Part shown: positions 54,631-64,000 of the stretch, piece by piece
Numbering within the stretch: position 1 is the stretch's first letter
Layout of the letters: the number at the start of each line of letters is the position of its first letter
NCBI GenBank assembly: GCA_038131655.1
Contig: JAYPPT010000002.1
Span: forward strand, 242,762-306,761
Direction of reading: 5' to 3'
DNA from: Alphaproteobacteria bacterium
GTDB taxonomy: Bacteria; Pseudomonadota; Alphaproteobacteria; SMXQ01
DNA length: 64,000 bases
Position numbers and translations under genes: made by a program
The notes under the pieces: model-generated
Told to the model about the DNA's origin: nothing
The model's database searches: none
What the model saw: the letters and a program-made list of their open reading frames with translations, nothing else

Positions 54631-55683
54631 ATGGCCCGTGCCGCCAAGAAAAAATCCGCCCGTAAAACCGCGCCCGCAAAGCGCAAGGCCGCGCCCCGCA
54701 AGGCCGGCACCAAGCCTGCCGAGAGCCAGAAGGAGTTGCTGCACCTCTACCGCGAGATGCTGCTGATTCGCCGGTTCGAGGAAAAGGCCGGCCAGCTCTA
54801 TGGTCAGGGTGCCATCGCGGGCTTCTGTCACCTCTATATCGGGCAGGAGGCGGTCGTCGTCGGCATGCAGGCCAAGCTGAAGGCCGAGGATACGGTGGTC
54901 ACCACCTACCGCGACCACGGCCACATGCTGGCTTGCGGCATGGACCCCAAGGGGGTGATGGCGGAACTGACCGGACGCCAGGGCGGCTATTCGCGGGGCA
55001 AGGGCGGTTCCATGCACATGTTCTCCAAGGAGAAGAACTTCTACGGCGGGCACGGCATCGTCGGTGCCGGGGTGCCGATCGGCGCCGGGCTTGCCTTTGC
55101 CCATCGTTATCGCGGCAACGACGCGGTGTCGCTGACCTATTACGGCGACGGCGCGGCCAACCAGGGGCAGGTGGCGGAAAGCTTCAACATGGCGGCGCTT
55201 TGGAAGCTGCCGGTGATTTTCATCATCGAAAACAATCAGTACGGCATGGGCACTTCCGTTGCCCGCGCTTCCGCCAGTGCCGATTTCTTCCGCCGGGGCG
55301 AGCCTTACGGCATTCCCGGCCACAAGGTGGACGGCATGGATGTGCTGGCGGTGAAGGAGGCGGGGGCCAATGCGGTGGCGCATTGCCGCGCGGGCAAGGG
55401 GCCGTTCATCCTGCAGATGGAAACCTATCGCTACCGCGGTCATTCGATGTCGGACCCGGCGCGTTACCGCACCCGCGACGAAGTGCAAAAGGTGCGCGAG
55501 GAACGCGATCCCATCGATCATCTTTCCGACATCCTGTTCGAGAACAAGCTGGCGAAGGCGGAAGACCTGAAGAAGATCGACGCCGAGGTGAAGAAGATCG
55601 TGACCGAGGCGGCGGATTTCGCCCTGACCGATTCGGAACCGGCGCCGGAAGAACTTTACACCGATGTTTTGGCGGAGGCCTGA
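54631..55683 (+). CDS. pdhA: Pyruvate dehydrogenase E1 alpha
   Basis: GFCHLYIGQEA, GKGGSMH, GDGAANQGQ, TYRYRGHSMSDP. Confidence 0.96.
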   Translation: MARAAKKKSARKTAPAKRKAAPRKAGTKPAESQKELLHLYREMLLIRRFEEKAGQLYGQGAIAGFCHLYIGQEAVVVGMQAKLKAEDTVVTTYRDHGHMLACGMDPKGVMAELTGRQGGYSRGKGGSMHMFSKEKNFYGGHGIVGAGVPIGAGLAFAHRYRGNDAVSLTYYGDGAANQGQVAESFNMAALWKLPVIFIIENNQYGMGTSVARASASADFFRRGEPYGIPGHKVDGMDVLAVKEAGANAVAHCRAGKGPFILQMETYRYRGHSMSDPARYRTRDEVQKVREERDPIDHLSDILFENKLAKAEDLKKIDAEVKKIVTEAADFALTDSEPAPEELYTDVLAEA

Positions 55684-55686
55684 GGC

Positions 55687-57099
55687 ATGACCATTCCCGT
55701 TCTGATGCCGGCGCTGTCGCCCACTATGACCGAGGGCAAGCTGGCAAAGTGGCTTAAGAAAGAAGGTGACGCGGTGCGCGCCGGCGACGTTATCGCCGAG
55801 ATCGAAACCGATAAAGCGACGATGGAAGTCGAAGCCGTGGACGAAGGCACCATCGGCAAGCTGATGGTCGCGGAAGGCACCGAAGGCGTCGCGGTCAATG
55901 AGCCGATCGCCATTCTGCTGGAAGACGGCGAGGACGCCTCGGCCCTGAAAGCGGCGCCCGCGCCCAAGGCAAAGCCGGCGGCAAAGGCTGAAGCCGTACC
56001 GGCAGAGACCAAGGCCGAAGCTCCGGCTCCGGCCCCGGCCCCGGCGGCCGAAGCGCGCCCGGCCGCGCCCAAGGCGCCGCCGCCGTCCGATGTGGACCCG
56101 CGTTTCTATGCCGAAACCACCACCATCACCGTGCGCGAGGCCCTGCGCGATGCGATGGCCGAGGAAATGCGCCGCGACGAAGCGGTGTTCCTGATGGGCG
56201 AGGAGGTCGCGGAATATCAGGGCGCCTACAAGGTCAGCCAGGGCCTGCTCGACGAATTCGGCGACCGCCGCGTCGTGGATACGCCGATCACCGAACAGGG
56301 CTTCACCGGTCTTGGCGTCGGCGCGGCCTTCGGCGGGCTCAAGCCGATTGTCGAATTCATGACCTTCAACTTCGCCATGCAGGCGATGGATCACCTGATC
56401 AATTCCGCCGCCAAGACGCGCTACATGTCCGGCGGCCAGATCGCCTGCCAGATGGTGTTCCGTGGCGCCAACGGTGCCGCGTCGCGTGTGGCGGCCCAGC
56501 ATTCGCAGTGTTTTGCGAGCTGGTATGCTCACATTCCCGGCGTCAAGGTCGTGGCACCTTATTCCGCCGACGATGCCAAGGGGCTTCTGAAGGCCGCGAT
56601 CCGCGATCCCAACCCGTTGATCTTCCTTGAACATGAAATGCTTTATGGCCGCAGCGGCGACGTGCCGGTGGACCCGGATTTCGTCGTGCCCATCGGCAAG
56701 GCCCGGGTGGTGCGCGAAGGGACGGATGTTACCATCACGGCTTTCTCCCTGATGGTGGACCTGGCGTTGCAGGCAGCCGAGGCGCTGGCGGCGGAAGGCA
56801 TTTCGGCGGAAGTGATCGACCTTCGCAGCCTGCGCCCGCTTGATACCGAAACCATCCTGCGCTCGGTTGAAAAGACAAACCGCATCGTTTCGGTGGAGGA
56901 AGGCTGGCCCTACGCGGGGATTGGTTCGGAAATCGCCGCGCGGATCATGGAAGAAGCCTTCGATTACCTCGACGCGCCGCTCTACCGCGTGACTGCGGCG
57001 GACGTGCCGCTGCCTTACGCGGCGAACCTCGAAAAACTGGCATTGCCGGACGTGGCCGACGTCATTGATGGCGTGCGCGCCGTGACCTACCGCGGTTAG
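55687..57099 (+). CDS. pdhB: Pyruvate dehydrogenase E1 beta with N-terminal lipoyl domain
   Basis: ETDKA lipoyl site, [31 protein letters not shown]. Confidence 0.96.
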   Translation: MTIPVLMPALSPTMTEGKLAKWLKKEGDAVRAGDVIAEIETDKATMEVEAVDEGTIGKLMVAEGTEGVAVNEPIAILLEDGEDASALKAAPAPKAKPAAKAEAVPAETKAEAPAPAPAPAAEARPAAPKAPPPSDVDPRFYAETTTITVREALRDAMAEEMRRDEAVFLMGEEVAEYQGAYKVSQGLLDEFGDRRVVDTPITEQGFTGLGVGAAFGGLKPIVEFMTFNFAMQAMDHLINSAAKTRYMSGGQIACQMVFRGANGAASRVAAQHSQCFASWYAHIPGVKVVAPYSADDAKGLLKAAIRDPNPLIFLEHEMLYGRSGDVPVDPDFVVPIGKARVVREGTDVTITAFSLMVDLALQAAEALAAEGISAEVIDLRSLRPLDTETILRSVEKTNRIVSVEEGWPYAGIGSEIAARIMEEAFDYLDAPLYRVTAADVPLPYAANLEKLALPDVADVIDGVRAVTYRG

Positions 57100-57350
57100 G
57101 GGGGAGCATCATGGCCATCATCATCAAAATGCCCGCCCTGTCGCCGACCATGACCGAAGGCAAGATCGCGTCCTGGCTGAAGAAGGAAGGCGACGCCATC
57201 AAGGCCGGTGACGTTATCGCCGAGATCGAAACCGACAAGGCGACAATGGAAGTCGAGGCCGTGGACGAAGGCACGCTCGGCAAGATCATCGTGGCCGAGG
57301 GCACCGAAGGCGTGGCCGTGAACGCACCGATCGCCGTGCTGGCCGAAGAC
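55705..57350 (+). repeat. Duplicated lipoyl-domain coding sequence (about 55705-55925 and 57129-57350)
   Basis: Near-identical DNA and protein: [12 protein letters not shown]...[40 protein letters not shown]. Confidence 0.8.
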
Positions 57351-58430
57351 GGCGACGACAAGGCGGCGGTGGCCGCCGCGGCCAAGGATGCGGCCGCTGA
57401 GGCGCCCGCGCCCGCTGCAAAGGCCGAAACGCCGGCTGCGCCAGCAGCACCTGCGGCGCCCGCGCCCGCGTCGAAACCGGCCCCGGTGGCCGCACCCGCC
57501 CCGGCACCGAAGCCCGCGCCGGTGGCGAAACCCGCCGCGCCGACAGCGGCAGGCGGGCGTGTGTTTGCCTCTCCATTGGCGCGCCGCCTGGCGCGTGACG
57601 GCGGCATCGATATTGCCCGCGTGCCCGGCTCCGGCCCGCATGGGCGCATCATCAAGGCCGATGTCGAGGCCTTCGTCGCCTCCGGCGGTCACGGCATGGC
57701 CGCGGGCGGGTTGTGCGCCGGTGCCGGTCAGGCCTTCGGCCCGGCCAATGCACGGGTTGAGCCGCACAGCAACATGCGCAAGGTCATCGCCCGTCGCCTG
57801 ACCGAATCGAAACAGACCGTGCCGCATTTCTATGTTGCGATGGACTGCGACATCGGCGCGCTTCTGGCGCTGCGCAAGGAAGTGAACGAGATCGACGAGA
57901 GCCTGAAAATCTCGGTCAATGATTTCATCATTCGCGCTTCGGCGCTGGCACTGCGCAAGGTGCCGGAAGCCAACGTATCGTGGGCCGATGACGGCATGAA
58001 GGTTTTCGATGCCGCCGACATCTCCGTCGCCGTTGCGACCGAGGGCGGGGGGCTGATCACGCCCATCGTGCGCGCCGCCGACCGCAAGGGGCTGGCCGCG
58101 ATTTCGGCGGAAGCCAGGGACCTGGTCGCCCGTGCGCGTAGCGGCAAGCTGACCCCCGATGAATACCAGGGCGGCACGTTCTCCATTTCCAACATGGGCA
58201 TGTTCGGCGTGCGTGAGTTTACCGCCATCATCAACCCGCCGCAGTCTTGCATCCTGGCTGTGGGGGCCGGTGAGGAACGCGCTGTCGTTCGCGATGGCGA
58301 GATTGTGATCCGCAACATGATGACCCTGACGCTGTCTTGCGATCATCGCGCCGTGGACGGTGCGCTGGGGGCGAAGCTGCTCGGCGCCATCAAGGAACTG
58401 ATCGAGCATCCCGTCCGGCTGGTGCTGTAA
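57111..58430 (+). CDS. pdhC: Pyruvate dehydrogenase E2 dihydrolipoamide acetyltransferase
   Basis: Lipoyl domain, [29 protein letters not shown]. Confidence 0.95.
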   Translation: MAIIIKMPALSPTMTEGKIASWLKKEGDAIKAGDVIAEIETDKATMEVEAVDEGTLGKIIVAEGTEGVAVNAPIAVLAEDGDDKAAVAAAAKDAAAEAPAPAAKAETPAAPAAPAAPAPASKPAPVAAPAPAPKPAPVAKPAAPTAAGGRVFASPLARRLARDGGIDIARVPGSGPHGRIIKADVEAFVASGGHGMAAGGLCAGAGQAFGPANARVEPHSNMRKVIARRLTESKQTVPHFYVAMDCDIGALLALRKEVNEIDESLKISVNDFIIRASALALRKVPEANVSWADDGMKVFDAADISVAVATEGGGLITPIVRAADRKGLAAISAEARDLVARARSGKLTPDEYQGGTFSISNMGMFGVREFTAIINPPQSCILAVGAGEERAVVRDGEIVIRNMMTLTLSCDHRAVDGALGAKLLGAIKELIEHPVRLVL

Positions 58431-58451
58431 CCCGTTTCCAAGGAGGGCCCC

Positions 58452-59879
58452 GTGGCCGACACGACCTTCGACCTGATCGTAATTGGCGGTGGCCCTGGCG
58501 GCTACGTCGCGGCCATCCGCGCCGCCCAGCTGGGCATGAAGACCGCCGTGGTGGAACGCGCCCACATGGGCGGCATCTGCCTCAACTGGGGCTGCAGCCC
58601 GACCAAGGCGCTGCTGCGCACGGCGGAGGTTGCGCACCTGGTCGCCCATGCCGATGAATTCGGCGTCAAGGCCACGGCCAACGGCGTTGACCTGAAAAAA
58701 GTGGTGGCCCGTTCGCGCGCCGTTGCCGGGCAGTTGTCCAAGGGCATCAGCGGGTTGATGAAGAAGAACAAGGTCACGGTGTTCGATGCCCGGGCGCGTC
58801 TTGACGGCATGGCGGCGGGCGGGGCGCGCAAGGTCGCGCTCAGCGATGCCGACGGCAAGGCCCTTGATCCGCTGACTGCAAAGCACGTTATCCTTGCGAC
58901 GGGCGCGCGGGCGCGTACGCTGCCGGGGCTTGAGCCCGACGGCAAGCACATCGTGACCTACAAGGAAGCGATGGTGCCGGAAACCATGCCCAAGCGCTTG
59001 CTGGTGATCGGCTCCGGCGCCATCGGCATCGAGTTCGCGAGCTTCTACAACGATCTTGGCGCCGACGTCACGGTGGTCGAGGTGATGGACCGCGTGCTGC
59101 CGGTCGAAGATGCCGATGTTTCCGCCTTCGCGGAAAAGGCCTTCGAAAAGCAGGGGATGACTATTCACACCGCGACGTCGGTGAAGTCGCTCAAGGTGCA
59201 GAAGGGCAAGGTCGTGGCCGAGATCGTGCCGGGCAAGGACCCGGACAAGGCGCGCAGCGAAACCTTCGACCGCGTTATCCTGGCGGTGGGCATCACCGGC
59301 AATGTCGAGGACCTGGGGCTGGAAAAAACCCGCGTTCGGGTCGAGAAGGGCCACATTCGCATCAACCAGTGGTGCGAAACCGGCGAGCCGGGCGTTTACG
59401 CCATCGGCGACGTCGCGGGCCCGCCGTGGCTGGCGCACAAGGCGAGCCATGAGGCCGTGCTCTGCGTCGAGCGTATCGCGGGCCATGACGGCGTTCATCC
59501 ACTGGATACGGCAAACATTCCGGGCTGTACCTATTGTCGCCCGCAGGTGGCATCGGTGGGGTTGACCGAGGCCAGGGCCAAGGCCGAGGGATACGAGGTC
59601 AAGGTGGGCAAGTTCCCCTTCATCGGCAACGGCAAGGCCATTGCGTTGGGCGAGGCGGAAGGCTTCGTCAAAACCGTTTTCGATGCCAAGACCGGGCAAT
59701 TGCTCGGCGCGCATATGATCGGCGCCGAAGTGACCGAGCTGATCCAGGGCTTCGTCGTTGCCAAGACGCTGGAAACCACGGAAGCCGAATTGATGGCGAC
59801 CGTGTTCCCGCATCCGACGCTGTCGGAAATGATGCATGAATCGGTGCTTGACGCTTTTGGCCGCGTGATTCACTTCTAG
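58452..59879 (+). CDS. lpdA: Dihydrolipoamide dehydrogenase
   Basis: [32 protein letters not shown]. Confidence 0.96.
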   Translation: MADTTFDLIVIGGGPGGYVAAIRAAQLGMKTAVVERAHMGGICLNWGCSPTKALLRTAEVAHLVAHADEFGVKATANGVDLKKVVARSRAVAGQLSKGISGLMKKNKVTVFDARARLDGMAAGGARKVALSDADGKALDPLTAKHVILATGARARTLPGLEPDGKHIVTYKEAMVPETMPKRLLVIGSGAIGIEFASFYNDLGADVTVVEVMDRVLPVEDADVSAFAEKAFEKQGMTIHTATSVKSLKVQKGKVVAEIVPGKDPDKARSETFDRVILAVGITGNVEDLGLEKTRVRVEKGHIRINQWCETGEPGVYAIGDVAGPPWLAHKASHEAVLCVERIAGHDGVHPLDTANIPGCTYCRPQVASVGLTEARAKAEGYEVKVGKFPFIGNGKAIALGEAEGFVKTVFDAKTGQLLGAHMIGAEVTELIQGFVVAKTLETTEAELMATVFPHPTLSEMMHESVLDAFGRVIHF

Positions 59880-59899
59880 TCCCGAAAGGGCCCGCGATC

Positions 59900-60826
59900 G
59901 TGAGCAAGATACATAACCTTGGTGCCGAAAAGGCCCCGCGCCAGCCGAAACCGGCTTGGATCCGGGTCAAGGCACCGACGTCGCCGGAATACAACGCAAC
60001 GCGCAAGTTGATGCGCGGGCTGAAGCTCAATACCGTGTGCGAGGAAGCGGCGTGCCCCAATATCGGGGAATGCTGGTCCAAGGGCCATGCCACGGTGATG
60101 ATCCTGGGCGACACCTGCACGCGGGCCTGCGTCTTTTGCAACGTCAAGACCGGCAAGCCCAATGCTGTCGATCCGCTGGAGCCGGAACACCTGGCCACGG
60201 CGGTGGCGGAGCTGAAGCTTGAGCACGTGGTGATCACCTCGGTGGACCGCGACGACCTTGACGATGGCGGCGCGTCCCAGTTCGTCAAATGCATCCGCCG
60301 CTTGCGCGAGACCGCGCCCGATACCTCGGTGGAAGTGCTGACGCCGGATTTCCTGCGTAAAGAGAATGCCATCGAGGCCGTGGTGGAAGCCCGGCCGGAC
60401 GTGTTCAATCACAACTTGGAAACCGTGCCCCGGCTTTACGGCACCGTGCGGCCCGGCGCGCGCTATTTCCAGTCGCTCAAGCTGCTCGACCGGGTCAAGA
60501 GCCTGGACCCCACGATCTTCACCAACTCGGGCCTGATGGTGGGGCTCGGCGAGGAAAAGGCAGAAGTGCATCAGGTGATGGCCGACCTGCGCGCCGCCGA
60601 CGTCGCTTTCCTGCCCATCGGCCAGTACCTGCCGCCGACGCCGCGCCATATCGCCGTGGAACGTTTCGTCACGCCCGATGAATTCAACGACTATGCCACG
60701 GTGGCGCGAAACAAGGGGTTTTTGCTGGTCTCCAGTTCGCCCCTGACGCGGTCGAGTTACTTTGCCGCGGAAGACTTTTTCCGCCTCCGCGCCGCGCGCG
60801 AAGCCAAGCTCGCGCCCAGGTCCTGA
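59900..60826 (+). CDS. lipA: Lipoyl synthase
   Basis: [32 protein letters not shown]. Confidence 0.96.
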   Translation: MSKIHNLGAEKAPRQPKPAWIRVKAPTSPEYNATRKLMRGLKLNTVCEEAACPNIGECWSKGHATVMILGDTCTRACVFCNVKTGKPNAVDPLEPEHLATAVAELKLEHVVITSVDRDDLDDGGASQFVKCIRRLRETAPDTSVEVLTPDFLRKENAIEAVVEARPDVFNHNLETVPRLYGTVRPGARYFQSLKLLDRVKSLDPTIFTNSGLMVGLGEEKAEVHQVMADLRAADVAFLPIGQYLPPTPRHIAVERFVTPDEFNDYATVARNKGFLLVSSSPLTRSSYFAAEDFFRLRAAREAKLAPRS

Positions 60827-60832
60827 TTATTC

Positions 60833-61294
60833 ATGCATCGCTTTGACGAAACGCGGCGGCTGCCCTATGCGCCGGGGCAGTTGTTCGATCTTGTCGCGGA
60901 CATAGCGAAATATCCTGAATTCCTGCCGTGGTGCCTGGGCGCGCGGATCGGCGCGCGGGAAAAGGCGCCGGATGGCGAAGTGGTAACCGCGGACCTGATC
61001 GTCGGCACCCGCGTGTTCCGCGAAACCTTCACGTCCCGCGTCACGCTGCGCAAGGACGCCGATCCGCCTGCAATTGATGTCTATTACGTCAAGGGGCCGA
61101 TGCAGCACATGGAAAACCGCTGGCTCTTTCATGCGGAGGGGGAGGGCACGCGCCTGGAATTCCACGTCGCTTTCGCCTTTCGTTCCGCCATTCTGGAAAA
61201 GCTGATGGGCGCGTTTTTCGACGATGCCTCGCGCCGCATGGTGACGGCGTTCGAGACACGGGCGCGAAAACTATACGGCGATCCCGGTGCCTGA
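60833..61294 (+). CDS. ratA: RatA/Coq10 START-domain protein
   Basis: LFDLVADI..YPEFLPWC, FTSRV, GP...EN.W.F, AFE.RA; follows lipA. Confidence 0.88.
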   Translation: MHRFDETRRLPYAPGQLFDLVADIAKYPEFLPWCLGARIGAREKAPDGEVVTADLIVGTRVFRETFTSRVTLRKDADPPAIDVYYVKGPMQHMENRWLFHAEGEGTRLEFHVAFAFRSAILEKLMGAFFDDASRRMVTAFETRARKLYGDPGA

Positions 61295-61745
61295 AATCTT
61301 TGTGGATGGCGATGCCTGCCCGGTCAAGGACGAGGTGCTGCGTGTCGCCGAACGCCACGGATTGCGCGTTCACCTGGTCGGCAATTCGTGGCTGCGTGCG
61401 GGGGGCGCGCATCCCTTGATCAACCGGGTGGTGGTGGCCGAAGGGCTGGATGCCGCCGATGACTGGATTGCGCAGAATATCGGTCCCGGCGATATAGCGG
61501 TGACGGCGGATATTCCGCTGGCGGCACGCTGCCTTGAAAAAGGCGCGGCGGTTATCGGCCACACGGGCCGCCCCTTTACCGAGGACAGCATCGGCAATGC
61601 CCTGGCCATGCGCGAACTGATGGCGCATCTGCGCGATACTGGCGACGTGCGGGGCGGCGGTCCGGGATTTTCGAAACAGGACCGATCGCGCTTCCTCGGC
61701 GCGCTCGAAAACATGGTGCAGGCGGCCAGGCGCACGGGCAAGTGA
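61287..61745 (+). CDS. yaiI: YaiI/YqxD (UPF0178) family protein
   Basis: IFVDGDACPVK, DAADDWI, VTADIPLA. Confidence 0.9.
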   Translation: MPEIFVDGDACPVKDEVLRVAERHGLRVHLVGNSWLRAGGAHPLINRVVVAEGLDAADDWIAQNIGPGDIAVTADIPLAARCLEKGAAVIGHTGRPFTEDSIGNALAMRELMAHLRDTGDVRGGGPGFSKQDRSRFLGALENMVQAARRTGK

Positions 61746-61802
61746 CAGCGTTTCCGGCGTGGTGTATATATTCGTCCGGTGACTGAAACAGAACGGCCCG
61801 TG

Positions 61803-61970
61803 ATGAAAAGCCTTTTGCCCGCATTTATCGCCCTTATGCTTCTGTTCGGGATGTTTCCCGGCCAGACGCTTTTGCCGGTGGTGGGTCATCATGATCAGGG
61901 TGCAATTGCAGATCAATCGTCCGATCATCAGCATTCCGGAAAAATGCCCGGTTTTCACTGTTCCGTCTGA
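61803..61970 (+). CDS. Possible small secreted or membrane His-rich peptide
   Basis: MKSLLPAFIALMLLFG hydrophobic leader, HH..DHQH..HC tail, upstream GTGACA-N17-TATATA. Confidence 0.35.
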   Translation: MKSLLPAFIALMLLFGMFPGQTLLPVVGHHDQGAIADQSSDHQHSGKMPGFHCSV

Positions 61971-61976
61971 AACCGT

Positions 61977-62867
61977 TCATGCAGCCGGTGGCCGGCGTCG
62001 TTCGGAGCGCACGAGGTAGATCGATGAGCCGATGATGACGCCGGCGCCGATGAAGCTCCAGGCGCCGGGCAGCTCGCCGAAGAACAGCACGCCGAGGATA
62101 AAGGCGTAAACGATCCGAAGGTAATCGAACGGCATCACGAAGCTGGTATCGCCGAGGCCCACCCCATGGGTGAACATGCTTTGGCCGATGATGCCCAGGG
62201 TGCCGGTCAGGGCCAGCAGCAGACATTCTTCCGGCGTCGGCGGCACCCAGACGAACATTGCCGGGATGAAGGCGAACAGGGTAGTGAAGGCGGCGAAATA
62301 AAACATGATCGTCACGGTCTGCTCGGTCCGCGACAAAAGCTTGATGGTCAGCACCACCAGGGTGCCGAAAAAGGTGCCGCCGAGCGCGACGATGGCCCAG
62401 GGCTCGAACCCGTCGCCGAAGGGGCGGGTGATCATGATGACGCCGGAAAACCCGACCAGCGCCACCAGCGCGCGGCGCCAGCCGACATCTTCGCGCAACA
62501 CCAGAAGTGCGATGCCGACCATCAGGATCGGGCGCGAAAACTGGATGGTGACGGTGTCGGCGATGGCCATGTTCACCAGGGCGAAGAAGAAAAACATATT
62601 GCCCATGAAGCCAACGAAGCCGCGCGTAGCATGCAGGTGAAGCTTCTTTGTTTTGAGCACCTTGCCGAAGCCGGTGCGCCAGACCACCGGCAGGATCACC
62701 AGCAAGCCCGCCAGGAAGCGCACGAACAGCACCTCGAAGGACGGCAGGCGCTGGCCCAGGTGTTTCACCATGGATGCCATGACGATCAGGATAAAGGCGC
62801 CAACGACGACGAAGGCGGCGCCGCGGACATTGGGGGAAAGGTCGGCCCAGCGGGCCTTGAGTGTCAT
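61977..62867 (-). CDS. DMT/EamA family transporter
   Basis: About 10 TM helices in two repeats, P.FEVLFVRF, L.EDVGWRR, PFDYLRIV, FFGE.P. Confidence 0.9.
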   Translation of the reverse strand: MTLKARWADLSPNVRGAAFVVVGAFILIVMASMVKHLGQRLPSFEVLFVRFLAGLLVILPVVWRTGFGKVLKTKKLHLHATRGFVGFMGNMFFFFALVNMAIADTVTIQFSRPILMVGIALLVLREDVGWRRALVALVGFSGVIMITRPFGDGFEPWAIVALGGTFFGTLVVLTIKLLSRTEQTVTIMFYFAAFTTLFAFIPAMFVWVPPTPEECLLLALTGTLGIIGQSMFTHGVGLGDTSFVMPFDYLRIVYAFILGVLFFGELPGAWSFIGAGVIIGSSIYLVRSERRRPPAA

Positions 62868-62883
62868 GATCAAAGGCGCACAC

Positions 62884-63600
62884 TCATCCCCAGGCCGCCT
62901 TGGCGACGATTAGGGCGCCAAGGGTGCCATGCGCCGCGATGGATACCCACAGCGATCCCGAGCGCAGGAATAAAAGCCCGTAGGCCAGTCCGTAGACGAA
63001 ACCATAGGCCATGCTGATGGACAGGTCGGGGCGGAAGAACAGCCCGGCGAACAGGATCGAGGACACGAAAAGCCCGGCCTCGGGCCCGAAACGGCCGGCG
63101 AAGAAGTTGAACATGATGCCGCGAAAATAGATTTCGAGGGCGAGGGGCAGCAGCACCATGCGGGCGGCGAACAACGAGACCAGTCCCATTTCGGTATGGA
63201 GCCCGGCCCCGAACTCCTTGCGGAAATCGTCCATGATGCCGAGGCCGAAGGCATGATCGGCCCGTTCGCCCAGGAAAAATAGGACGGTGCCGACGCAGAC
63301 GGCGATCACGATCCAGCGCGGCTCCGGCCGGGTCAGGCCAATGATCCCCCAGCGCGCCGGTGTGCGCCAGGCGAGCACATAGCCGGTGGCGATCAGGATG
63401 CCGGTGGTCAGCAGCAGCGCGAACCAAAGCAACGCCTCGGCCCGGTTGCGGTTGGGTCCGAAGATCGTCGGGTCGAGCTGGACGATGATGACGCCAAGCA
63501 CGACAAAGATCAGGACGCTGAGGAAAGTGATACCGAACAGGTTGCGGATCGAGACCTGGTATCCGACGGGCAACTGCGGTGGGGGCTTGAGGGTAATCAT
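62884..63600 (-). CDS. CPBP (Abi/CAAX protease-like) family membrane protein with degenerate catalytic motifs
   Basis: PLALEIYFRG, SSILFA, LFLRSGSLWVSIAAH match the CPBP motif layout. Confidence 0.72.
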   Translation of the reverse strand: MITLKPPPQLPVGYQVSIRNLFGITFLSVLIFVVLGVIIVQLDPTIFGPNRNRAEALLWFALLLTTGILIATGYVLAWRTPARWGIIGLTRPEPRWIVIAVCVGTVLFFLGERADHAFGLGIMDDFRKEFGAGLHTEMGLVSLFAARMVLLPLALEIYFRGIMFNFFAGRFGPEAGLFVSSILFAGLFFRPDLSISMAYGFVYGLAYGLLFLRSGSLWVSIAAHGTLGALIVAKAAWG

Positions 63601-63632
63601 AAAGGGCACTCTCCTGCGGGGGCGGGCTTGTT

Positions 63633-64000
63633 TTAGGCCCTTGGGGGGAGGCTCTGCAACAACAGCCTGAGGGCGCTCTCGACCGTCTGGGCGCGGACAT
63701 CGGCGCGTGAGCCGGAAAAGACGTGGGAATGGTTGACGGTTTCACCGCCCTCGCGGGCTACCGCGAGATGGACGAGGCCCACCGGTTTGTCCTTGCCGCC
63801 GCCGCCCGGTCCCGCGATCCCGGTCACGGCCACGGCCAGGCTGACCCGAGCGCGAGCGCGCGCACCTTTGGCCATGGCTCGGGCGACCTCGGAGCTGACC
63901 GCGCCGTGGCGTTCCAGCAATTCGGCTCCGACGCCCAGAACCTCGCGCTTGAGGCGGTTGTCGTAGGTCACGAACCCTCCCATGAAGACGGCTGACGCGC
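63633..64000 (-). CDS. cinA: CinA C-terminal domain protein (NMN deamidase-like), 5' part outside window
   Basis: GFVTY.N..K, HGAVS.EVA.AMA.GA, VTGIAGPGGG..KPVGLV. Confidence 0.9.
   Translation of the reverse strand, partial: ASAVFMGGFVTYDNRLKREVLGVGAELLERHGAVSSEVARAMAKGARARARVSLAVAVTGIAGPGGGGKDKPVGLVHLAVAREGGETVNHSHVFSGSRADVRAQTVESALRLLLQSLPPRA

Noticed and set aside
55687-55930. Lipoyl domain fused to E1 beta as a novelty
   Set aside because: Known feature of alphaproteobacterial PdhB.
55940-56090. Ala/Pro/Lys-rich repetitive DNA in pdhB (also about 57380-57550 in pdhC)
   Set aside because: Ordinary flexible linkers of 2-oxoacid dehydrogenase subunits, not a repeat array.
54484-59873. 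716-aa and 925-aa minus-strand ORFs
   Set aside because: Antisense shadows of pdhABC-lpdA.

Overview
GC-rich alphaproteobacterial chromosome segment (Rhodospirillales-like by gene order), almost all core genes: nuoM-nuoN-birA-coaX-rnj, proS-lolC/E-lolD-dnaE, rpsB-tsf-pyrH-frr-uppS-cdsA-dxr-rseP-bamA-skp-lpxD-fabZ-lpxA-lpxI-lpxB, gloA, gltA-gltX, a decayed comEC, lexA-moeA-moaC-trpCDG with trpE-ppiD, tpiA-secG-pyrG-kdsA-eno-ftsB, and pdhABC-lpdA-lipA-ratA. I saw no rRNA, tRNA, CRISPR array, transposase or prophage. The most novel signal is two orphan periplasmic solute-binding proteins of unrelated families (ABC-type at 33.1-34.5 kb, TctC/Bug-type at 53.0-54.3 kb). They end in the same extra ~60-aa basic domain with a C-x15-C pair (32/60 identical by hand alignment, no gaps) and share a 5'UTR motif. 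Regulatory signals: three DnaA boxes over a probably leaderless dnaE promoter, seven GANTC (CcrM) sites before ftsB, an alphaproteobacterial SOS box at lexA, and an rpsB leader. Several essential genes carry single-base indels or clustered A>C/T>G substitutions, so the assembly probably contains sequencing errors; single-base observations need read-level checks.
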